DNA of 64,000 nucleotides from Paraspadella gotoi (lineage: Eukaryota; Animalia; Chaetognatha), in the NCBI GenBank assembly GCA_051294375.1, contig JBJCIZ010000239.1, positions 6,491,539 through 6,555,538 on the forward strand. The letters are read 5' to 3'. Both the position numbers and the translations under genes were made by a program. Under the pieces are notes generated by a model. The model had not been told where the DNA came from, made no database searches, and was given only the letters and a program-made list of their open reading frames with translations. Numbering within the stretch: position 1 is the first letter of the stretch; each line of letters begins with the position of its first letter. This document shows, one piece after another, positions 41,601 to 50,470 of this stretch.

Positions 41601-44600
41601 ACGTGACGCTTCGCTCGACGGCGGCGAGCCAGACGCAATGAGTGAGAGCGAGACAGATGGCGACTTGCGGTACGATGGCGAAGATGCAGGCAACGGCGAA
41701 AGGAATCAGCATCATGACGAACATGAGGATGGGTGTGGCCAGAGCAAAGAAGAAGGCGCTGATGATGCTGAAGACTGCGTTCGCGTTTTTTTGTGTGTGC
41801 GTATGTGTGTGTATTCGTGTTTATTTGTGTGGAGGTGGAGTAAGTTAAGAGGGATGGAGAGAAAGCGGGAGGAAAGGGACGGGCATTGCCTAAGTTCAAC
41901 CCGTTTCTGAGCATGACACTTTCAGTCGTGACCCGGCGGCTCATTGAGTAAAGCCATCAGCTCATGACCACTAGTTACCGGGTTCAATCCCAAACCGGGA
42001 AGCGTGAGAACGGCCGTAAGCCGCCTTGGGGGCGTGGAATTCCCAGCCCAGGACCCGTTCCATTGCTTCTAGAGGGTTTAAGGAAGTTGCGGTTAGTCTG
42101 CGGGTAGACTACCAGTCATCCTCGGCCCACTTAGCGCCTTATTCACATTAAGTTCAGGGGTCGTTCCAATGGTGGCGTAGGGTTGAAATCCTTACCCCAT
42201 ACAATTAAATCAAATCAAATCAACTAATCCAATCGATCAATCAAAATCGCATTAATACCTGCGGCGCTTTTCACGCTCTTGAAGAGAACCGAAACGACGA
42301 AGGATTGAGAAATGACGGTGAGAGAGTAAATCCAGAAAAGAATGAAGAAGACGCTCCTGCAGAGCGAATAAATTTTAAAAATATATATTATATACAAATG
42401 TATTAAAATATCTGTTCAATTCTTATCTATCTATTCTAAGCTAAATCTAAATTTATTATTCTTAATATTAATAGAAACAGTTGCTCTCCCCCTGACCATT
42501 CAATGTTGCCCACGATCCAATCCGATCCGACGACCATGATGAGCATTAGGCAACTTAGGATGAGCGCCTCGAAAGCATTGACGACGAGGTAGGACAACCA
42601 GAAGGCAGACTCCAACATGCCCATCACCCGCATCATGTCTTTGATCTGTAGGTTTGAAAAACATGGGAAGGCGTGGTTGAGGGTTGGTAGTTGGCAGGGA
42701 GGGATGGATCTGAAGAAAACTTAATTTCTGATATTATTGTAGTCGGGCATTGCCTAGGTTCACCCCGCCTATAAGCATGACTCTTTCAGTTGTGACCCGG
42801 TGGCTCATTGAGTAAAGCCATCAGCTCATGACCACTAGGTACCGGGTTCAATCCCAACCCGGTACCTACCTTGCGGGAAGAGTGAGGACGGCCGTAAGCC
42901 GCCTTGGGGGCGTGGCAAACCCTCAAGCCTGGTTCCAAGCCCAGGACCCGTTCCATGTCTGCTAGAGGGGGTTATAGAAGTTACGGATAGTCATCTTCAA
43001 CCCACTTATTATTATTATTACGCTCAAAAATTTTGTAAAGAGAGCGAATTTTGTCATTTACACATACAGAGGCAGCAAATAAATATTGTAACATATCCCA
43101 ATCCTTTCATCACCCCTCCCTAAAAATAAATTCGTTCGAAGAAAAAAAAAAAAACTAAAAAAAATAAATCTTCAAGGTTTTTGCGTGTGTAAAAATGTTG
43201 CGCAGTATGCATAGTACGCAATGCATACGAACCTAACCTTGCTCTCTTTCTCGCTGACCAACTGAACGACGAGAGAGACGTAAAATGGAATGAGACCCAA
43301 AGCCGCGGCCACGCCCAACAGATGATATTGGCCGGCGGCGCCGACTGCCGGCCGGCCATCCGGCGTGTAGGTTAGACGAGGGACGGGGAACATCTTGACG
43401 CTGTAGTTGAGACGGAGGCCGCTGATGACGGGCGGGTCGGAGCCTGGCGGGAGAGGGGGGAGGGAGAAGAAGGGAGGGAGAAGAAGGGAGGGAGAATAGG
43501 GGAGGGAGATGGTGGGAGGAAGGGAGGTGGTGGAGTGGGAATGTAAAGAACCCAAAGTTTTGATAAAACGTGATTTACATCTTTTTAAAAATGTTTAACC
43601 TTTTTTTTTTTGTAAGGTGGAAAAGACGTAAAGGGGATTTGTTTATATGTTTATATTTGATTATATATACATTCTATCCCGTGTTTAACAGCAACGTTTG
43701 TTAGAAATGATTTTAATTCAAACAAATTCTCTTCGTGAATATCTGAATTGTTTTTAGTCTCTACTTTAATGATTTTATATCTTTACTCTCATTGGTCGAA
43801 TTCTACCAATAGTAGTTAATGATTGAATTCTCAATAATTTTAAAGAAGATCTCTCTTCTCATTGGTCCATTAAATTTAGTCTTTGTATAAAAGAAAGGGC
43901 AACTTTTATTTTTTGAAGAGATTGCCCTGGGACCATAAGGTAATTGAATGATTTACTGAAATTATTAAATAGTGGAATTAGTATTAATAAATGGTTATAT
44001 TTTGTAGCTTTTGAGCTTCCACAGCTCTTCCAATGGCTCTTCCACAGCTCTTCCAATGGCTCTTCCACAGCTCTTTCAATGGCTCTACTGATTGTTATTT
44101 CGATTGTCCTTATAACTGTCAACTGAATTACAACTAACTTCAATTAATACTACTAATGGCGTTACGGTTATTGATGAGTCAACAATAGAGAAATTAATAT
44201 GAAGGATGCTCAATCGTGTTCCCAAGTCCGTAAGGAAATGTGCAATCTCTAACACCGTTAATGTTATCAGAGTAAATGTATTATGTTTTCCCTTCTCATT
44301 TTTCTTAACATTTTTAGTCGTTTATGATTAATCCCTTCTTTACAATATTAGGAACGCTTCACAATCTTAATTCACATTTCCGTCCTGGTCCAGTATCCTC
44401 CTTAAAACGACCACCCCCAACCACCCCCTCCCCAACCACCCACAACGTCCACCCTTAACCCACTTACCCCGGGTGAGTTCCTCCAAAATGGCGGATTCGA
44501 CGACCATCTGCAGCTGCGCATATCCGCTGAGGAGATAATCGTTCGGCGGGCAGTTTGAGGAGAGACCCTGGTTATTGATAGTGGTTATTGATAGTGGTTA

Positions 44601-47591
44601 ATGATTGGTGGATGGAATTGTGGATGGATCAGAGAATGGTTTTGTGGATGGATCATAGAATGGTTTTGTGGATGGATCAGAGAATGGTTTTGTGGATGGA
44701 TCAGAGAATGGTTTTGTGGATGGATCAGTGGTTAGATTAAAGAAACAAAATTCATTGCTCTTTAACTCTTAAACTGGAAATTCAAAATCGGTATCTAAAA
44801 TTTTTTTTTTTTCACTTTTTTTACCATCTTATTGAAAGAATTTTTTAAAGAAAGAATTATACTTTCTTATAAACTTTCTTATGAAATTGGTACAACCAAT
44901 ATAAAAATTATCCATTCATTTAATAAATAAGCTATCTTGCCCCTGACTTTGGACAGGCTTTGGTGGTTTAAGGCCTCCATCACTCTTACAAGATAATGAC
45001 ATAGCAGGTCCCTGCAAGCTTTCAATCAAGACTCTCTCACAGACTTGTTTATTCACTCCCAGAGTACCTGGCTTCCCTATCAATGAAGTGGAAAATATTT
45101 CAAAGAATGTTTCAATTGTATGAAAAGACCACTCCCTTAAGTATTAGATCGGGGAATACTTATTGTACTCCGCACTAGCATCAAAATACAAGGAGCTGAA
45201 TTTTATGAAATTGGTACAACCAATATAAAAATTATATCATTCCCCCCAAATTTTTTTCCCGCTCCCTACCTTCAAAAGCGGTTGGTAGCAATAACGCGTC
45301 TCCAAATAAGAAGATGCGATCGCTTGAAAATCCGCGCGTGGACCCTTTTTGGGGACCTGGAAGAGGGTGGACGGGGATCGGGAAGAGGGTTTGAGGAAGA
45401 TGAGGCGAGGAAGGGGGTGTTGATCGCCTGATCGAATCCCACCCCCCAAAAAAAAGACTGGTCACGTGACTTTATAAAAGTATGAAATAAATGCAGAGTG
45501 AAATGGAAAATCCTGATGGATCGTCTACTTTTTCCCGGGAAAACTTAACCAAACCGCGGCATTGAGTATGTCATGTCATGTCGCAATAACTCATTGGGCG
45601 TGTGAACGCGTTATCTCGTACTGAACGAGCGACAAAAAGGGAAATTTAATTTCCTGTAAACTATTTTTTTTTTTCATAATATTTTGTATTTATTTGCTTA
45701 ACGCTTTTCTTTTTTCTGAATTTTTTCGAATTTACCTGCAGAACCAAACCCGGGCCGGGCATTCGGATAGCGTATTTGGGTGTCCGGATCTTCATAGGAT
45801 CTGGAAGATATAAACAAAAATTGCGATTCTAAATTGAATCGAATGTCAGGGACGAATTTCCACGCCATCTCGTTCGTTTAATAAAGGAATTTTTGGTTGA
45901 GGCTGAATCACGAAGCTGACATTTTGACTCTATTTAGTATTTACCCTGTCGCCATTTATCACCACAAATATACGGACTTTTGCAGGTTGAATAATACATA
46001 AAACACTTCGGTCAGCTCCTCCCACGCAACTTTGTGTAATTTTGTGCAAGAGTTTCACAATAATACGAAACTGTACATTTACTTTCTGACTTTCATCTTT
46101 ATTCCAGCGACGCTCTATTTAGCTTTTTTTTAAAATGTATTATGTACTAGAAGTGCATTCATATGTTTTAAAGAAAGTAAAACATTTGTCATGTAAACTA
46201 TTCTCACTATACTAGCAAAGTAGATTTATAAAAATTAGAAAATAGAAAATTTCCTTCCAAGATTTTCGTTAAGAATAGTTTCGGGTTCCTAGCGTAGTGA
46301 CATTCTCTTTACAATGCGTATCACTATGCATATTACTATGAATAATATGCTTTTCTTAGTGACTGTTTTGATGTCGAGAAAATTGTTTCTTCAACTTCAT
46401 ACTCACGAGTCAATCGCAGTTGGAGTCCGAACCAAGAATGGAATCTACACATTTAAATGAGGGCACGATCTATAAAAAGGAGCGCCAGCGGATTCTTTAA
46501 AGCGCGAATCGTTGGCGCCGCCAATTCTTTCCCTTTACTGAATTTTCCGGCGCCGCAACCGTCACTGACGGCGTCAGAGCCCAAAAAACTCACATGGAAC
46601 GTAATCCGTGTCTTCGCCTTCGAAAACGATGGCGCCGGCAATGTTGAACTTGTAGATTCGTCGGTAGATCTCGACCAGCTTCTCGTTATTGGCCAGGATT
46701 TGACTCTCTGCCCTCTGAGGATTAATTGATCGATTTTTTGCTAAATTGATTCATAGAGTCGTTCAGATGTTTAATTAATTGTTAATATTGCTTGTTGTTT
46801 TTTTTTTTCAGGCAGGTAACGCCCGTTTTGGGTTGTGTTTGTCAACTTGTCAGAAGTGAAAAAAAAACTGCAATGATATCGATTAATTATTATATCAAAC
46901 ATTAAATCAATTAATAAATCTATCAATCAAACAAACAATCAATCAATCATTCATATTCCCTGATGAATTCCAAGATCTTTGAAAATTCTTCTTGTCATCC
47001 TTTTCACTCTCGTCGAAGATATTCCATTTTGGACGACAAAAAACTGTCGCGAGTCTCTGATGATAAATATGCAATACACAATATAAAATATTATTATATT
47101 ATTTTGTTATTATATAGTATTTTTTAAGGCGACAGACGGATAGACGGATAGTTTCTATTTGAGTACAATAAATAAAGAATTACAACTTTATTGCTGAGTC
47201 AGTATCGATGCTTCATCCGAGAAAGCCCCCCCCCTCGCGGCCCCCACCCCCCCCAAAAAAAAATAATAAAGATTCACTTTTGAGTGGTGAACTGGAAAGG
47301 CTGCTCGTTGTTGAGCGTGAACTTTTTGGGTTTGGCGTTGAAGAGTGGATAAACGGGAAAGTCGACTGCGTTCATCGCTTGATCAACTCCGTCCTTCTTG
47401 AAGATCTGTCCCAGAATGATGAAGAGCAGCACGAAGAGCAGTTCCGAGAAGGTGCGGAGAAAGCTGCGCACTTTGAGCAGAAAGTTGCGGCTCATCAACG
47501 CCCAGAATTGCGGCAGGAATCCGCCGCAACAGAAGATTTTCCTCGCCGTTTTCTTTTTGGGCGGAGGAAGGTTCGCCGGTTTGTCCGGCAT
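688..47591 (-). CDS. ABCA-subfamily ABC transporter, multi-exon gene; 3' part (rest of TMD2, NBD2) lies beyond the left edge; middle region triplicated in the assembly
   Basis: Phase-consistent GT-AG exons give an ABCA N-terminus ([15 protein letters not shown]), ECD1 motifs ([24 protein letters not shown]), [14 protein letters not shown], Walker [11 protein letters not shown]-loop [37 protein letters not shown]-domain FGLGY and [14 protein letters not shown]. Confidence 0.95.
1174..1334 (-). CDS. ABCA exon (TM8 region)
   Basis: [10 protein letters not shown]...[31 protein letters not shown]; TAG/GTTGGA. Confidence 0.85.
1476..2087. mobile_element. hAT-type MITE
   Basis: TIR TAAGGCGTAGT/ACTACGCCTTA, 8-bp TSD ATATACAT, imperfectly palindromic body. 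Confidence 0.85.
2455..2484 (-). CDS. ABCA 30-nt microexon
   Basis: Pyrimidine tract + CAG | [10 protein letters not shown] | GTGAGTAAGT, phase 0/0. Confidence 0.7.
2551..2715 (+). mobile_element. tRNA-Gly-like head (2551-2623) plus twister (family B)
   Basis: 73-nt tRNA-like unit with acceptor GCGGCCA/TGGTCGC-A, CGCCTCCCA and GGTTCAAGCC; the other arms are decayed. Confidence 0.65.
2628..2697 (+). ncRNA. Predicted twister ribozyme, P5-type (family B; assembly copies ~13470-13545 and ~26885-26960)
   Basis: P2 G(A)GG/CCC; GA-CGG; GACGCT; T2649|AA; GC; P3 CTGTA/TACAG; P4 CCTG/CAGG with A-G closure; loop TCCGAAGC; weak P5. Confidence 0.65.
3144..3309 (-). CDS. ABCA ECD2 exon
   Basis: [20 protein letters not shown]...FPMGLK; CAG/GTTTGA. 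Confidence 0.75.
3377..3717 (+). mobile_element. ~340-bp SINE-like insertion with 14-bp target-site duplication, nested in a related element
   Basis: TGTTGTGGTAGTAC at 3363-3376 and 3718-3731; internal TGGCGCCGGAGG / GGTTCACAACC boxes. Confidence 0.7.
3824..3898 (+). ncRNA. Degenerate twister-like motif (family D)
   Basis: P5 ACAAG/CTTGT; GA-TGR; GGTGTC; TAA; CCC; T2 AC/GT; P3 TTGTAG/CTACAG; loop TCTAAAGT; mismatched P2 and P4. Confidence 0.45.
4376..4836 (-). CDS. ABCA ECD2 exon with K/P/S/T-rich segment
   Basis: Open 461-nt frame [36 protein letters not shown]...[11 protein letters not shown]...NIFDDR; CAG/GTAAGG. Confidence 0.75.
5426..5668 (-). CDS. ABCA exon (TM7); donor uncertain
   Basis: [23 protein letters not shown]...KSFLFTLQ; TAG acceptor; donor either CAG|GAAAG or GAA|GTTGGG about 30 nt further. 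Confidence 0.8.
5950..6052 (-). CDS. ABCA exon (start of second half)
   Basis: [34 protein letters not shown]; CAG/GTACTT. Confidence 0.8.
6714..6816 (-). CDS. ABCA linker exon
   Basis: [33 protein letters not shown]; CAG/GTCCAG; phases match. Confidence 0.65.
7855..8041 (-). CDS. ABCA R1 domain exon
   Basis: [23 protein letters not shown]...[19 protein letters not shown]; CAG/GTGAGT. Confidence 0.93.
8022..8180. repeat. ~56-bp tandem repeat x3 spanning an ABCA splice acceptor
   Basis: GAGAGTGAAGATGATTTCCTGTGAATATYGGAGAGTGAGAT repeated. Confidence 0.88.
8516..8633 (-). CDS. ABCA R1 domain exon
   Basis: [39 protein letters not shown]; CAG/GTGAG. Confidence 0.92.
8695..9632. mobile_element. 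Foldback MITE with long TIRs and TA flanks (Tc1/mariner-like); assembly copies ~19519-20459 and ~33074-34024
   Basis: TA-CATGG(C)TGAC..ATTTTACAAGCGCCGGTA ... TACCGGCGCTTGTAAAATTGTCACCATG-TA; inverted similarity extends about 300 bp. Confidence 0.8.
9912..10027 (-). CDS. ABCA NBD1 H-loop exon (copies near 20740-20857 and 34320-34446)
   Basis: [39 protein letters not shown]; AAG/GTATGA. Confidence 0.93.
10171..22640. other. Second copy of the ABCA mid-gene block (probable assembly duplication)
   Basis: Collinear with 1634-10150 and 23581-35990; scattered indels break exons. Confidence 0.8.
23315..23533 (-). CDS. ABCA NBD1 signature/Walker B exon, cleanest copy (3' end truncated)
   Basis: [73 protein letters not shown]. 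Confidence 0.9.
34776..35029 (-). CDS. ABCA NBD1 signature/Walker B exon, indel-laden copy (another at ~21399-21650)
   Basis: Same sequence as the clean copy at 23315-23533, with frameshifts; ends ...KQGK|GTTGAA. Confidence 0.75.
35428..35511 (-). CDS. ABCA NBD1 exon, Q-loop (second, indel-bearing copy at ~22055-22141)
   Basis: [28 protein letters not shown]; CAG/GTGAG. Confidence 0.92.
35981..36223 (-). CDS. ABCA NBD1 exon, Walker A
   Basis: [38 protein letters not shown]; 5' part appears to carry indel errors. Confidence 0.92.
36746..36818 (+). tRNA. tRNA-Arg (anticodon ACG), intronic and antisense to ABCA
   Basis: 73-nt cloverleaf: acceptor GACCGCG/CGCGGTT, A box TGGCCAAATGG, anticodon arm TCTGA-CTACGAA-TCAGG, T arm GAGGG-TTCGAGT-CCCTC. 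Confidence 0.88.
36940..38108. repeat. 42-bp (distally 57-bp) minisatellite built from an ABCA exon end and its splice donor; unique insert at 37628-37850
   Basis: Minus-strand unit AGCTTGGATGGGAAGATCGCTTTGAAG|GTGAGGCAGAGAGAA = [14 protein letters not shown]. Confidence 0.92.
38081..38242 (-). CDS. ABCA exon (TMD1-NBD1 linker)
   Basis: [12 protein letters not shown]...[14 protein letters not shown]; CAG/GTGAGG; its 3' end seeds the 42-bp array. Confidence 0.85.
38288..38887. mobile_element. hAT-type MITE, same family as 1476-2087, opposite orientation
   Basis: Same TIRs; 8-bp TSD TTGTGTAG at 38280-38287 and 38888-38895. Confidence 0.88.
38891..39515 (+). mobile_element. tRNA-Met-derived, twister-bearing SINE/retrozyme-like element (family A): 400-bp monomer plus degraded second unit in tandem
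   Basis: TGTAGTCRGGCATAGCAAAG at 38891 and 39291; A box TGGCTCATTGAG, anticodon loop CTCATAA, B box GGTTCAATCC. Confidence 0.8.
39024..39100 (+). ncRNA. Predicted twister ribozyme (family A copy with two single-base homopolymer losses)
   Basis: Same elements as 42873-42951; predicted site T39045|A. Confidence 0.65.
39570..40080 (+). mobile_element. Degenerate 3' remnant of a non-LTR retrotransposon (LINE)
   Basis: Frameshifted peptide pieces [30 protein letters not shown]-like, typical of LINE ORF2 C-termini; ends near AATAAA. Confidence 0.55.
40085..40312 (+). mobile_element. Family A copy (5' truncated, P5 5' strand deleted)
   Basis: Close match to 38924-39170. Confidence 0.8.
40459..40556 (-). 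CDS. ABCA exon (TM6 end)
   Basis: ...[17 protein letters not shown], matching the ABCA YL..V.P..YG motif; CAG/GTGTCT. Confidence 0.85.
40963..41042 (-). CDS. ABCA exon
   Basis: [16 protein letters not shown]...; CAG/GTTAGG; phases match. Confidence 0.7.
41603..41774 (-). CDS. ABCA exon (TMD1)
   Basis: [18 protein letters not shown]...[11 protein letters not shown]...; CAG/GTGAGA. Confidence 0.85.
41879..42145 (+). mobile_element. Family A copy (internal deletion across P3/P4)
   Basis: Close match to 38897-39170. Confidence 0.8.
42259..42356 (-). CDS. ABCA exon (TMD1)
   Basis: [32 protein letters not shown]; CAG/GTATT. Confidence 0.9.
42497..42645 (-). CDS. ABCA exon (TMD1)
   Basis: [19 protein letters not shown]...; CAG/GTCAGG. 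Confidence 0.9.
42739..43020 (+). mobile_element. Family A copy ending in a (TTA)n tail
   Basis: Leader + tRNA head + twister, then AACCCAC-TTATTATTATTATTA; TATTATT immediately upstream of the element. Confidence 0.85.
42873..42951 (+). ncRNA. Predicted twister ribozyme, P5-type (family A, most intact copy)
   Basis: P5 GCGGG/CCCGT; P2 G(A)GT/GCC; GA-GGA; CGGCCG; T42895|AA; GC; P3 CTTGGGGG/CCCTCAAG; P4 CCTGG/CCAGG; loop TTCCAAGC. Confidence 0.8.
43238..43443 (-). CDS. ABCA exon (TM2)
   Basis: ...VKMFPVP...[21 protein letters not shown]; CAG/GTTAGG. Confidence 0.9.
44468..44567 (-). CDS. ABCA exon (ECD1)
   Basis: [33 protein letters not shown], the ABCA Y..SGF..LQ..V..AI motif; CAG/GTAAGT. 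Confidence 0.9.
44620..44728. repeat. 24-bp tandem repeat x4.5
   Basis: GTGGATGGATCAGAGAATGGTTTT. Confidence 0.85.
44881..45235. repeat. Interspersed repeat related to 4955-5330 and 62780-62920
   Basis: Shared TATCTTGCCCCTGAC, GGCTTCCCTATCAA and TAGTGC..AGTACAA motifs; ATGAAATTGGTACAACCAATATAAAAATTAT at both ends. Confidence 0.6.
45270..45356 (-). CDS. ABCA exon (ECD1)
   Basis: [29 protein letters not shown]; CAG/GTAGGG. Confidence 0.8.
45736..45800 (-). CDS. ABCA exon (ECD1)
   Basis: [21 protein letters not shown]; CAG/GTAAAT, phases match neighbours. Confidence 0.85.
46594..46714 (-). CDS. ABCA exon (ECD1)
   Basis: [40 protein letters not shown]; CAG/GTGAGT. Confidence 0.85.
46960..47056 (-). 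CDS. ABCA exon (ECD1); 3' boundary uncertain
   Basis: CAG acceptor; open frame [20 protein letters not shown]...; donor either internal AGA|GTGAAA or non-canonical CAG|GGAATA. Confidence 0.6.
47278..47591 (-). CDS. ABCA first coding exon
   Basis: [14 protein letters not shown]...[32 protein letters not shown]...; donor GTGAAT. Confidence 0.88.
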
Positions 47592-47899
47592 GATGATTTT
47601 TTTTTTCCCTTTTTTAAGTTACTTTATTTTTTGTAATCTAGTTTTTGTTTGTTTGTTTACAATTCGCTTTTATCTTTTAGTTTCTTTTTGATTCATACTT
47701 TCAACGATTTGTTTTTGTTTTTGTTTTTATATTTTCGTTAAGAATTTTTAAAAATCTTTTGATGTCGAAAAAAAAAATATTTGTTTAAACGTGGATTTTT
47801 CGCCCGCTGTCTTTGAGGGTAAAAAAAATTTAAGGTTGTGTCATTAATGGGCTCCTAAAGTAATATAAATATTACTCTAAACATTTGAATTTTTACTCC

Positions 47900-48190
47900 G
47901 CGCCTCCTCATGTGAAAAATAGTCGTGTGTGGCGATATATTCACACCGCCTCACATCCACCATCATTCAGCCAAATCCATTGGCTCAGAGGGGGAACACA
48001 CCATCCCAGGCGTAGAGTTCCATCCACAGTCCTAATGACTTCCCTCTGCGTTGGCAAAGCGAGACCGTCCTAGGGTAACCGCGCCAGTGACTGGAGGCGT
48101 CACTGAGGGTCGGAAGCCCCCAAAGCCAACAGTGAGATGCCCCATCCCAATGGGCATCACAGGCAACCCGGCTGTTGCCATACGTGCGAG
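47900..48190 (+). mobile_element. tRNA-derived, twister-bearing element (family C) between the MBOAT stop and ABCA start
   Basis: GC-rich island with A box TGGCTCAGAGG (47981) and B-box-like GAGTTCCATCC (48015) just before the twister; boundaries approximate. Confidence 0.6.
48050..48130 (+). ncRNA. Predicted twister ribozyme, P5-type permutation (family C)
   Basis: P5 GTTGGC/GCCAAC; P2 GCG/CGC; GA-CCG; P1 linker TCCTAGGG; T48076|AA; T2 GC; P3 CAGTGAC/GTCACTG; P4 GGG/CCC; loop TCGGAAGC. Confidence 0.8.
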
Positions 48191-48711
48191 CTTTTTCTTT
48201 ATGGTTTTATTTACGGAGCCGATGTTCTGAGACAAGCATGACCTGTTCTGAGACAAGCATGTTCTGAGACAAGCATGACCTCGCTTTACGATAGTTCATT
48301 CCTTTATTAGCAAGCAAGATGTTTTTGGCTTTATCACTCGGTGAAACTTTAGATGTATGTCACTATTGTCACTACTAATTATATGCGTAATAAATAAAAA
48401 AAAGTTTAATAGATACCACGTAAATTTTTTTGATATTTAACTATTTTTACGTATCCTTTACTTTTTCCACTCTTGCGCCTCCATTTTTATGGCTCAAGTC
48501 AAGGATTACGATGTGAAGAATTGAATTCGATTAAACTAATTGTTAGATTTTATTGAATAGAATGGACACAAAAATTAAAACACTAATTTCAAAATTGAAT
48601 TAATATTAAGTTCAGTATAATTCATCGGCGCTACCAAATACTCGGATACTTAATACGAATTAAAAAAGAAAAGAAAATTCATTGGACGGAATTTTAGGTC
48701 AATTGACCTTT

Positions 48712-48798
<87 letters not shown>

Positions 48799-48805
<7 letters not shown>

Positions 48806-50399
48806 GTCTTCCCCTTCTTCTCCCCTCCCTCTCTCCACGCTCCCACGATTGTCGCCACGACGACGACGAGGAGCGCCCCCACGTGTCCGCTCCACCAGAG
48901 GGCCGAGTAACAGTCGCGCGAGGCTTCGTAAGAGAGAAGGAGAAAGGGCGCTCCGCTGTAGGCGATGGCCAGCTGCGTAGCGAGCCACGTGGCGACGTCG
49001 TAGAGACGGCGTCGAATCGAAGCGGCGTCCGAGGCGGCGTCGCCGAGAACGAGTGGACGGACGGAGCGGCGCCATCTGCGGGCAGCCAACGTCATTAAGG
49101 ATATGGAAGAGAAGAAGAAGTAGTAACTGTGGGGAAGAGAGAAGAGGGGGAGAGGGTTTGGGAGATTAAAACCAGAAATGAGTCGCTCTCGGAACATTGA
49201 GCTCCCGTCCGCCCGACCCAAACTCACCCCGGGTAGAATCCGTGCCAAACTGAAGAGACGAAGTATGTGAGAAGAAGATTCGCCGGCGCCGAAAGTCGAA
49301 CGTAGACGAGATGGCGCAACCAACGCGACGTCAATTTGTTCCATTTATCCACCAACATTTTGAGGCCTAAGATTTTTTTTTTTTTAAAGGGTACGGGGGG
49401 GGAAGTGGTTCGTGTGCTGAGTTAATTTCATTATAATGTTTCGTTTACGATTTGATTATTTATTTCTAAATGTCATGAACCTCATTTTTTTTTCAAGCGG
49501 CGGCCGTGTTCGTTTAATTTCTAATTGTCTAAATTTAAACTCTGAAATGATTCCAGCTCATTTGATTTCGCGCCATTTTCTCATTCGAGTTTTCGTCGAT
49601 TGTTGGATTTTTGATGATTGATGACGATTGATGATGATGATGATGATGATGATTAATATCGATTATATCATTCCACTAAACGCAGTTCAATAAATGTAAA
49701 GACAAAAAGAAAAAGGAGGAAAAAAAATAAAAAGAAGTCAAACAAACAAACAAACAAACAAACAAAATAAACCGAACCAACTCTATAACAAAATCCCAAC
49801 TACCCCCTCACCCCTTTCCCGCCACCCCCAACTCACTCGTCGCCCCCTCTATGTCCCAGACGTTGACGTTTTCGCAAAGCGTCCACTGGTGAGTCTGCGT
49901 CCTAGAGTCGAAGCCCTCGTAACCAAATCCGCGCGCGAGGTTGACGATGTCGCCGATGATCCAACCGAAGTAATAACGGAAACGACTCTATTATTTTGGG
50001 GGGGGGTGTTGTGAAAAAGGGATTCGGGGGGGGGGGGGGAAGGGAGAAGCTGGGGATGTTACGGTTTTCGATGCCTTCGCTCTTCAAGGATCGTCTGCCA
50101 CCGTTCATCTACGATTCATTAACTCGTATTTACGGAACTTTTTCCTAAACTTTTTATATTTGGTTTTTCTTACGTTTACTTATCTCTTGTCTGTTCTTGT
50201 TATTAATTCTGATGATATTTCTGGGTGACCCTGTCTTAATATTGCAAGGTATTGTCCGGATCATTGACCATCCGCATAGTAAATTATAGTGGAAAAAGAT
50301 AGTGGAAATGACATGTGTTTTCTTTCCTTTAATGCCTTAACTTCTTGCTCTAACATTCTTTTTCTCTTTCTTTTTCACTTTTTCTAATTTCTAAAAATT

Positions 50400-50470
<71 letters not shown>

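Noticed and set aside
47940-48050. Resemblance to 7SK, RNase P or HDV-like ribozyme on the minus strand
   Set aside because: Only short motif matches and the HDV P3/L3 geometry does not fit; a plus-strand tRNA head plus twister explains the region better
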